A stretch of 64,000 bases of DNA from contig JAABSP010000025.1 of assembly GCA_011390345.1 (NCBI GenBank), positions 399 through 64,398 of the forward strand, read 5' to 3'. Position numbers and translations under genes: made by a program. Position 1 is the first letter of the stretch. The number at the start of each line of letters is the position of its first letter. Positions 56,504 through 64,000 of this stretch are shown in pieces. Under the pieces are notes generated by a model. The model made no database searches. It was not told the origin of the DNA and was given only the letters and a program-made list of their open reading frames with translations. This DNA is from Desulfobacteraceae bacterium (lineage in GTDB: Bacteria; Desulfobacterota; Desulfobacteria; Desulfobacterales; JAABSP01).

Positions 56504-56884
56504 ATTGGGTAAAAGGGGGAAAGGGGGAAAGGAGAACGGTGCTGCTTTTTGCCGGAAGAATGGGCCGGTCATCTGCTGAAGGAAAAGGACGAAAACGACA
56601 TAAAGGACGAAAAGGAGAGAGTGGTTTTGGGATCAGATGGATTTGGTCCGCTGGCGGTGCGGCCTGATCGATTCCTTTGTTGAGGTGTAACAGATGGAAT
56701 CGGAGCTGATGATGATTGGGGCAGATGATAATGGGGTCAAAGGGGAAGAGTTGCCCTCTATGAACTGATCTGACAAAAGGGCAAAGGGAAAGAATGGAGA
56801 GGGGAAGGGGAGAAGAAAGGTCAAAGCCGTCATAGTCTATACTTATAGCGGTGCGGCCATTTTGGATCTTCAAGCCACAAACGT

Positions 56885-56919
56885 AAAAAGGCCGGAAGCA
56901 GATGCCTCCGGCCTTTTTG
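56885..56919 (-). terminator. Intrinsic terminator of the porin gene (bidirectional shape)
   Basis: AAAAAGGCCGGA...TCCGGCCTTTTT. Confidence 0.8.
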
Positions 56920-56955
56920 TACTCACTCAATGGAAAACTAAACTAAAGGATCAGC

Positions 56956-58281
56956 TTAGAAGCTGAGGGAGAGACGGGTTCCCAGCTCGTAAGGATCGGC
57001 ATCATCCTTCGCTCCGCCGGTTGTTGCATCGCCTGCGAAGAGATAGGCACCGACCAGGTCGATATTCATGCCCGGTACGAGCTGATAGGTAAGGCGAAGG
57101 TCCAGTTCAATTCCGAGTTCATCCTCTTCAATGTTGGACTGAAAGACATCATCATCCCGGCCGGTGTCGATATCGATGGTGATATCGCCGTCTTTTCTGG
57201 CATACCACACATCAAATGCTACAGTAAGCTTATCCATCGGCTTGACAGTCACACCGATGTTCCCTGCCATGATGTCAGAGATCTGATCGGCTGGGGCATT
57301 GTTGGATACCTGATAATATGAAGTATCACCGAACATGCCGTATCCCATGATCTCCGCCCAGTAATGTGATTGCAGACCGGGAACCACAAATGCCTCGTCT
57401 TCATCATCATTGGGATCATCATCTCCGGATGCCCAGAACGCCTGACCGTGGACATCACCAAAGGAAAGGTTGAACTTGAAACCGAGAGCAGCCAGAAATC
57501 CGCTGAAATCCTGAGAGCTTCCATCGGCCATATCGACATCGCCGCCCTGATAGATACCCGTTAACCAGACCGAAACCGGATCAAAGTCCATATCGATATC
57601 CATACCGACAAAAAACTTATTCAGATCGTCATAGGCAGCGCCCATGTAATCTTCGGCATTGTCGGAAAAGTAATAAAGACCATAGGGATTGATCACGAAG
57701 TCGCCGAAAGCGAAGACCGGGGCCAAACCAAAGATATCGAGATCTCTTGCATTAAATCCGGGTCCTCCTTCATATCCCTTAATCCAGAGAAAAGGAATCG
57801 CGACGGTGTCGGTTTTGAAGTTGAGAACCGCTGCAGCAGCATCGTTATCGGCCAGAAAACCACGAGCAAGATAGATACCCTGCACACCGACCTTGGCGTT
57901 TAGTGCGCCAAGGTTAAAATCGGCGTAGGAGTTTTTGATCTCCAGGTTCGCTCCATCGGCACCAACCTGTCCATAGCCTCTGTTTGTCGGTGCACCTGCT
58001 GCACGGCTGCCTGCCGGGGCGCCCCAAGTGGCATCCATCTCGAATTTGTTGACGAACTTCAGGTTCTCATGGAAGACCGCTGTCAGGTAAAGACGCGTAC
58101 GGGTATCGACTGCCGTGACATCATTTGCCTCGGATACATCATCATCGGTACCGTCAAAATTCTGCTGGGTATAAGCCCTCGTCCGCCAATACCCGCCAAA
58201 CTCGAACTCCATCGCGGCCACGGGAAGCACGAATGCCACCACGAGCAACGCGGCCAGCGCTAACACTGCAAATTTCTTCAT
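56956..58281 (-). CDS. Major outer-membrane porin (beta-barrel)
   Basis: MKKFAVLALAALLVVAFVLP signal peptide, FGGYWRTR, KFEMD..WG, C-terminal RLSLSF; AAGGAGG RBS. Confidence 0.88.
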   Translation of the reverse strand: MKKFAVLALAALLVVAFVLPVAAMEFEFGGYWRTRAYTQQNFDGTDDDVSEANDVTAVDTRTRLYLTAVFHENLKFVNKFEMDATWGAPAGSRAAGAPTNRGYGQVGADGANLEIKNSYADFNLGALNAKVGVQGIYLARGFLADNDAAAAVLNFKTDTVAIPFLWIKGYEGGPGFNARDLDIFGLAPVFAFGDFVINPYGLYYFSDNAEDYMGAAYDDLNKFFVGMDIDMDFDPVSVWLTGIYQGGDVDMADGSSQDFSGFLAALGFKFNLSFGDVHGQAFWASGDDDPNDDEDEAFVVPGLQSHYWAEIMGYGMFGDTSYYQVSNNAPADQISDIMAGNIGVTVKPMDKLTVAFDVWYARKDGDITIDIDTGRDDDVFQSNIEEDELGIELDLRLTYQLVPGMNIDLVGAYLFAGDATTGGAKDDADPYELGTRLSLSF

Positions 58282-58502
58282 CTTTTTTTCCTCCTTCATT
58301 TTGTTGAAACGTACAATTACGCAGAAAACCTAATAACCCTTCAAACTACAAGTGCGGTTGCCCTTCACCTCCTTTCATCTATTCAGTCCTTTTATATCTT
58401 ACGGTTTTCGATCTCTTCATCCATATCCTTATCCTTAATCCTTATATATCACATTTCCACTGATTTGCAAAATACCATATAATGCTTGCTAACAGTCCCC
58501 CT

Positions 58503-58531
58503 TTGACATGTCAAGTTTTTTTTACTATTAT
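58503..58531 (+). promoter_or_regulatory. sigma70 promoter for pepP; its -35 is half of a TTGACATGTCAA palindrome shared with the divergent porin direction
   Basis: TTGACA-N17-TATTAT on the + strand; TTGACA also on the minus strand at 58509-58514. Confidence 0.6.
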
Positions 58532-58612
58532 GGAGACCGTCAGCAGGGCATGGTTCTCCACAAAATGCCCTATTTCCCTATATACCGTTTTGAAAAAATC
58601 TTCAACTGTAAA

Positions 58613-59902
58613 ATGAAATATTTGCCGATTGATCTAAAATTATTTCAGGAGAACCGCAGGCGGTTCGTCCGCCACCTCGAGCCCGGTTCCATTGCCGTCT
58701 TCAATGCCAACGACATCATGCCCACCAGCGCGGACGGCATCCACGCGTTTGTCCAGAACACCGACATCTTCTACCTCTCGGGCATCGACCAGGAGGAGAC
58801 GATCCTCCTCCTCTTTCCCGATGCGGTCGAGGAGAAGCACCGCCAGATCCTTTTTCTACGGGAGACCAGCGAGCAGATCGTCACCTGGGAGGGGCACAAG
58901 CTGACAAAAGAGGCCGCGACACAGATATCCGGAATCGAAACGATCCATTGGACCTCCGAGTTCGAGCGGACCTTCCGGCCACTGGTCTTCGAGGCCGGCC
59001 GCATCTACCTCAACACCAACGAACACTCAAGAGCCGACACGACCGTGGAGACCCGGGACGCCCGCTTTATCCGCTGGTGCATGGGGCAGTTTCCCCTGCA
59101 CCGGTACGAACGGGCCGCGCCGATCCTGCGGGATCTTAGGGCCGTCAAATCCCCCATCGAGATATCCCTGATCCGCAGCGCGTGCGAGATCACCGAAACG
59201 GCCTTCCGACGGCTGCTCTCCTTTATCCGGCCAGGTGTATGGGAGTTCGAGATCGAGGCCGGGATCGTCCATGAATTTTTGAAAAACCGCTCCCGGGGGC
59301 CCGCATACGAGCCTATCGTGGCCTCCGGAGAGAACGCCTGCGTCCTCCACTACGTCAAAAACGACCAGCAGTGCAGGGACGGGGATCTGGTGCTGATGGA
59401 CTTCGGGGCCGAATATGCCAACTATGCCTCGGACCTGACCCGGACAGTCCCGGTCAATGGCCGCTTCACTCCCCGGCAGCGGGCCGTCTATGACGCGGTG
59501 CTGCGGGTCCAGCGCGGAGCCATCGACATGCTGCGGCCCGGAAATATCTTAAAGGATTATCAGAAGGCCGTGGGAAAAATGATGGAGAAGGAGCTGATCG
59601 ATCTCGGGCTGCTTGATGCGGGCGATGTCAAAGATCAGGACGAGAAAAAGCCCCTCTACCGGAAATATTTCATGCACGGAACCTCCCACCATATGGGGCT
59701 CGATGTCCATGACCTCGGGGATCTCCACCGGAAGTTTACGCCGGGGATGGTCTTCACCTGCGAGCCCGGGATCTACATCAAGGAGGAGAAGATCGGGGTC
59801 CGGCTGGAAAATGATATCCTCATCACCGAAAACGGTCCGGTTGACCTGATGGAGACGATTCCGATCGAGGCAGAGGAGATCGAGGATCTGATGAATGCGT
59901 GA
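58613..59902 (+). CDS. pepP: Xaa-Pro aminopeptidase (M24B)
   Basis: VLHY, MDFGAEYANYASDLTRT, HGTSHHMGLDVHD, EPGIY, RLENDI; start placed at ATG 58613. Confidence 0.92.
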   Translation: MKYLPIDLKLFQENRRRFVRHLEPGSIAVFNANDIMPTSADGIHAFVQNTDIFYLSGIDQEETILLLFPDAVEEKHRQILFLRETSEQIVTWEGHKLTKEAATQISGIETIHWTSEFERTFRPLVFEAGRIYLNTNEHSRADTTVETRDARFIRWCMGQFPLHRYERAAPILRDLRAVKSPIEISLIRSACEITETAFRRLLSFIRPGVWEFEIEAGIVHEFLKNRSRGPAYEPIVASGENACVLHYVKNDQQCRDGDLVLMDFGAEYANYASDLTRTVPVNGRFTPRQRAVYDAVLRVQRGAIDMLRPGNILKDYQKAVGKMMEKELIDLGLLDAGDVKDQDEKKPLYRKYFMHGTSHHMGLDVHDLGDLHRKFTPGMVFTCEPGIYIKEEKIGVRLENDILITENGPVDLMETIPIEAEEIEDLMNA

Positions 59903-59999
59903 TCTGACATTAGGCCTCAGCCGCCGATCCCGGCATCGGGAAAGGCCCGATCCGCTTTTTTTCAAACCTTTTTTCGAGAAGATGTGCTAAAGTTTCCCC

Positions 60000-60497
60000 A
60001 TGATAGAAACGACGCTGCTCATTCTCTGGTTAATTCTCGGCTTTGCCCTGATCGTTGCCGGGATCGCCTTCTGCATCATGCCGGTGCTGCCGGGGCCGCC
60101 GCTCAGCTTTGCGGGCCTGATCCTTCTGGCATGGGTTCGGGACTGGACCCCCTTTTCGGGCCGATTTTTGATCATCATGGCCGGGCTGATGCTCTTCGTT
60201 CTCCTTCTCGATTCGATTGTCCCGCTGCTGGGGGCCAGAAAATTCGGCGCCTCCCGACAGGGGCTCTGGGGCTCGGTTCTGGGGATGCTCGCGGGGATCT
60301 TCGTCTTTCCGCCGTGGGGGATCATCATCGGAGCATTCGTGGGCGCACTTATCGGTGAGATCGCATCGGGAAAAGAGCGCAAAGAGGCGATCCGGGTCGG
60401 CTGGGGCATCTTCGTGGGGACCCTGGTCGGCGTCGGCATGAAGCTGGCCTACAGCCTGTCGGCCCTCTTCTTCTACATCCGGGGGATGATCGTCTGA
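60000..60497 (+). CDS. DUF456 family membrane protein
   Basis: PVLPGPPL, GARKFGAS..G.WGS..G, GAFVGALIGE. Confidence 0.85.
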   Translation: MIETTLLILWLILGFALIVAGIAFCIMPVLPGPPLSFAGLILLAWVRDWTPFSGRFLIIMAGLMLFVLLLDSIVPLLGARKFGASRQGLWGSVLGMLAGIFVFPPWGIIIGAFVGALIGEIASGKERKEAIRVGWGIFVGTLVGVGMKLAYSLSALFFYIRGMIV

Positions 60498-60505
60498 TCC
60501 GGGTT

Positions 60506-61270
60506 TCAAACCCCAGGGCGATTCCCAGACAGCATCCGCCGCAGGTTTCCCCCCACCAGCCCTTCCTGAACATCTTCCGGCAGATTCATCTGCAGCACCT
60601 TCTCCAGCTCCTCTTCCGGATCTCCGAAGGGAAAATCGGAGCCGAACAGCAGCCGCTCATGGCCGTATCGGTTCAGGTAATCCGCGATATCCGATGCCGA
60701 AGCCAGCGCGGTGTCCGCGTAAATGTTCTCCATCTCCCAGATCCCGTGCCGCTTCAGGGCATCATAGCCGCCGTTCAAAAGCCCTAAATGGGGGATGATC
60801 ACCCGAACCCCGGGTGCGATCTCCCGGATGAATCTGAGGGTGTTCTTCAGCTCCTCCTCGAGTACCACCGGCAGGTTTCTCTCCCGAATGACCTCGATCG
60901 CGTTTGCGCATTCCGGCGCATCATAATGATAGACCGGCTCCCCCGGGTGGCGATGCCACTTGATCCCCTGATGATCGTCCGATAATTGGTCCACCGCAAA
61001 ATCGTTCCAGATGAAGAAGTAGGGGATCACCGGGAAATCCTCGTCCCCCGCGGTCAGCAGGTACCGGTTGGCCCGCCGGCGCCGTTCCTGCCATCGGAAA
61101 TTGTCTTCGAAACCGGGATCATGCCGGTCATATATCTCCATCACCGGCGGAAACATGACCACCGATCCTATGCCGCCCCCTCTTGCCCGTTCTGCGTAAT
61201 CGCGGAAGGACTGGGGCGGGTTCCGGTCCTGAATTCCGCCGTGGGCGTGCGCGTCGATAATGCTCTTCAT
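60506..61270 (-). CDS. Amidohydrolase family (TIM-barrel metal-dependent hydrolase) protein
   Basis: IDAHAH, IIPHLG, DTA, LFGSDFPF. Confidence 0.85.
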   Translation of the reverse strand: MKSIIDAHAHGGIQDRNPPQSFRDYAERARGGGIGSVVMFPPVMEIYDRHDPGFEDNFRWQERRRRANRYLLTAGDEDFPVIPYFFIWNDFAVDQLSDDHQGIKWHRHPGEPVYHYDAPECANAIEVIRERNLPVVLEEELKNTLRFIREIAPGVRVIIPHLGLLNGGYDALKRHGIWEMENIYADTALASASDIADYLNRYGHERLLFGSDFPFGDPEEELEKVLQMNLPEDVQEGLVGGNLRRMLSGNRPGV

Positions 61271-61854
61271 AAATCCTCTTCCGATCTTTCTGGTTCTGAG
61301 TTCTCGGTCTGGGGGTGTTCATCTCCCAGCACATTCATGCCGATATAGATGTAGTGGAGCCCGGAGATCGAGGTCAAAATCGCGGTCAGGATGTAGAGGC
61401 CGTACTGGAACGGAAAATTTCTGTCGAGAAGGATCACGAATACAGTGAAGAGCTGGGCTGTTGTGGTCATTTTGCTGGCGATGCTGGGCCGGACCTCCAT
61501 TCCGAGATCCATCAGTTTCAGGGTCGCCACCCCGGTCAGAATGAGGATGTCCCGGCTGATGACGATCACCGCAAGCCAGTCCGGAACCGATCCGAGAAAA
61601 CCGAGACAGATATAGGAGGCAAGGATCAGGAGTTTGTCCGCGATGGGATCGAGATAGACCCCCAGCAGGGTTCTCTGGTCCAGCCATCTCGCGGTGATCC
61701 CGTCCAAGGCGTCGGAGATGGCCGCGATGATGAAGATGAAGAGGGCAAAGGAGAAGATCCCCTTCAGCAGCGCGATGACAAAGAGCGGCGTCAGCAGAAT
61801 CCGGATCAGGGTCAGGATGTTGGGGATGTTGATGGTCAGCCGGGGCGCTCTCAT
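61267..61854 (-). CDS. CDP-alcohol phosphatidyltransferase (PgsA/cardiolipin synthase-like)
   Basis: NIPNILTLIR, DALDGITAR...G..LDPIADK. Confidence 0.9.
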   Translation of the reverse strand: MRAPRLTINIPNILTLIRILLTPLFVIALLKGIFSFALFIFIIAAISDALDGITARWLDQRTLLGVYLDPIADKLLILASYICLGFLGSVPDWLAVIVISRDILILTGVATLKLMDLGMEVRPSIASKMTTTAQLFTVFVILLDRNFPFQYGLYILTAILTSISGLHYIYIGMNVLGDEHPQTENSEPERSEEDL

Positions 61855-61882
61855 GATCCCGCTCTCTTCCTTCTGCCGGAGA

Positions 61883-63130
61883 TTATTTGGGAACCAGCTC
61901 GATCCGCAATTGATTATCTAAATTGGGGCCGGTCTCGTGAAATCGGATCTCGAAGCTCTCGAAGATTTCGGCGCGGATCGCATTCAGCAGCTTCTCCGGT
62001 TCCGGCGTCTCCATCTCCACCTCGATGGTGGCCTCGTTGGACTGGAGCTGGCGGATTCGGATCTCCTTCACAGCCGGCATTCCGGAGAGGGCCTTTCGAA
62101 ACATCACGAAATTGCCGAGGTTCCCGGTTCCCATGACCACCAGTTGGATGGGCCCGTCAGGGGCGAGCCCCGTCTCCGGATCGGCCCCCATGAGCTGCGC
62201 CAGCTTTCCGGCCGCAGAAATGGATGCGGCCCGGATCGCGGATGTCGCGCCCTCTTCGGGTTCAAAGGCCGGTGCGGTTTCGGTCTCGGTCACTTCACCG
62301 ATGGCCTGCCCCGTGTCGGTGCGGTATGCCCGGGCCGATACGGTGCTGCTGAAGGATTTGATATTTTCCGGGGCCACATCAAAGCCGACCCGGGCCGCAG
62401 CCGTTCCCACAACAACGATGTCCGCGCCTAATGCACGGGCTGCGGCCACTGCACTTGCGGCATCCGGATAGGGATTGCCGACCAAAGGCGTCAGCGCGTC
62501 CGGATTGGAGATCTTGACCTTGTCGTTGGCCACGGCAAATCCCTGTTTGGAAAGAACCTGAGCCATGACGGTCTCTGCGAGCACCGGCTCGGGCTGGCCG
62601 CTCCCCCGCCACCAGAAGCGGACCGGTTCCCCTTCCAGCCGCTGTTCCGCGATAAAGAAGATCAACCGGGGGGCTTCCACCGTTTTCGGCCCTTCGAGCA
62701 CACCGGCCCCGATCATCTTCTCTTTGATCTTTTCGGGCAGGACCTCGGCCTCCACCAGAATCCGCAGGGTATCTCCCACCACCACCTCCGGGGTCAGCGC
62801 GGAATAGCTCTGGATAAAGGACTGCGCGTTGCCGAAAAGCGTCCGGCTGACCGCGCTGAAACGGGAGACAGCGACGTCGGGCGGCAGGAGTTCCAGCGCG
62901 GCATTCTCCACCGCAGCCAGCAGCCCGTTTTCCACGGCGCTTGTTTTTGCAGCCGACAGATCATTGTTTTGGACAGTGCTCCATCCGACCGCGCGGACCG
63001 TCTTCGGCCCCAGGGGCTCCTCAGCGCGGGCGATTCCGTCAGGAAACAGGGAAGGGACCAGCAAAAGTCCGCAGAGGAGCAGAATAGTCGATAGTAGCGG
63101 AATGGGAAAACAGGGCAATCGCATCTTCAT
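61883..63130 (-). CDS. Exported hypothetical protein (FlgT-N/LPP20-like N-terminus)
   Basis: Signal-like N-terminus, AKTSAVENGLLAAVE; start uncertain (63124-63166). Confidence 0.6.
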   Translation of the reverse strand: MKMRLPCFPIPLLSTILLLCGLLLVPSLFPDGIARAEEPLGPKTVRAVGWSTVQNNDLSAAKTSAVENGLLAAVENAALELLPPDVAVSRFSAVSRTLFGNAQSFIQSYSALTPEVVVGDTLRILVEAEVLPEKIKEKMIGAGVLEGPKTVEAPRLIFFIAEQRLEGEPVRFWWRGSGQPEPVLAETVMAQVLSKQGFAVANDKVKISNPDALTPLVGNPYPDAASAVAAARALGADIVVVGTAAARVGFDVAPENIKSFSSTVSARAYRTDTGQAIGEVTETETAPAFEPEEGATSAIRAASISAAGKLAQLMGADPETGLAPDGPIQLVVMGTGNLGNFVMFRKALSGMPAVKEIRIRQLQSNEATIEVEMETPEPEKLLNAIRAEIFESFEIRFHETGPNLDNQLRIELVPK

Positions 63131-63237
63131 TTCAAGTGGCCAAAAAAATTTTGAGTGAATATTCATTATAGAGTATCCGTCAAGCCGTTTTTTTTTATTT
63201 TATCAGTTTTGCGGGAATTCCACCAATGAAGAATTTT

Positions 63238-64000
63238 TTACACTTTCCGGGACAGCGCGTAATCCGCGATGTCCTCCAAAGTCGCCTTTGCCGGGGAAGA
63301 GGGGAAAATATCCAGGGCGTTCTTGGCCTTTTGCACATGGCATTCGGCCCGGTTCCGGGTGTATTCGAGGCCGCCGCAATCCTTCAGGATACAGGTCAGG
63401 GACCGGAAATCTTCGGCGCAGATTTCAGACTGGCCGATCATCTCCTCGATCCCCTCCCGGTCCGAAGGGCCGGCCTTCTGCAGGGCATGGATCAGGGGAA
63501 GGGTCATCTTCCCCTCCTTCAGATCCGCGCCCACGGCTTTTCCCAGCAGATCGGCATCCGCGGTATAGTCTAGAAGATCGTCTGCCATCTGGAACGCGAC
63601 GCCGAGATGGTGGCCGTATCGGCCCAAAGCCTCATCCTGAGCGGCCGTGGTTCGGGCCAGCAGCCCTCCCACCCGGCACGCGCCCTGAATGAGGACCGCG
63701 GTCTTTCGGCGGATCACCTCCAGATACTCGACCTCGCAGAGATCCCGATCTCCTTTCCGGATCAACTGATGGATCTCCCCCTGGGACATCTCCTCGGTGA
63801 TCTGCGCGAGGATCTCCATGATCTTCAGATTTCCGGTCTTTACCCCGATGGATAGGGCCCTGGCCAGAAGGAAATCTCCGGCCAGCACCGCGATGGAATT
63901 TCCCCAAACCGCATGGGCCGCGGGCCGATTCCGGCGGAGGGGGGCCCCGTCCACCAGATCATCGTGGAGAAGGGTGGCCGCGTGGAGGTACTCGAAGACC
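63238..64000 (-). CDS. Polyprenyl diphosphate synthase (IspB-like), 5' end outside the window
   Basis: HAATLLHDDLVDG...RR (FARM), KTA, FQMADDLLD (SARM), DLKEGKMTLP. Confidence 0.93.
   Translation of the reverse strand, partial: VFEYLHAATLLHDDLVDGAPLRRNRPAAHAVWGNSIAVLAGDFLLARALSIGVKTGNLKIMEILAQITEEMSQGEIHQLIRKGDRDLCEVEYLEVIRRKTAVLIQGACRVGGLLARTTAAQDEALGRYGHHLGVAFQMADDLLDYTADADLLGKAVGADLKEGKMTLPLIHALQKAGPSDREGIEEMIGQSEICAEDFRSLTCILKDCGGLEYTRNRAECHVQKAKNALDIFPSSPAKATLEDIADYALSRKV

Overview
Chromosomal window (roughly 55-60% GC, by eye) from a sulfate-reducing Desulfobacterota bacterium, most likely Desulfobacterales-like (inferred from the aprBA-qmoABC sequences, lpxI and the C-terminal dockerin-like tag). 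It is mostly core genome: a long minus-strand envelope operon (lysS-lolE/C-lolD-bamA-skp-lpxD-fabZ-lpxA-lpxI-gnnA-like-lpxB-DUF374/LpxJ-like-msbA), pilC-pilS, the aprBA-qmoABC cluster, a major porin, pepP, a pgsA-like gene and a polyprenyl synthetase. The accessory or poorly understood parts are: (i) a Schlafen/AlbA_2-HATPase-wHTH protein with an 11x21-bp His-rich tandem repeat, translationally coupled to a heme-c/CZB chemoreceptor; (ii) four paralogous TerA/TerD-like genes around an M48 protease, next to an SLC13 permease; (iii) two secreted DUF1566 (CLec-fold) proteins, the first ending in a segment that looks like a DGR variable region although no reverse transcriptase or template repeat lies in the window; (iv) three YkgJ/CxxCxxCC proteins and an atypical SDR next to aprBA. 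I also found a 58-aa ORF missed by the ORF track and orphan Shine-Dalgarno motifs in the aprB and porin leaders. No rRNA, tRNA, CRISPR array, transposase or integrase was seen. All family calls come from recognising motifs by eye; no database search was run.
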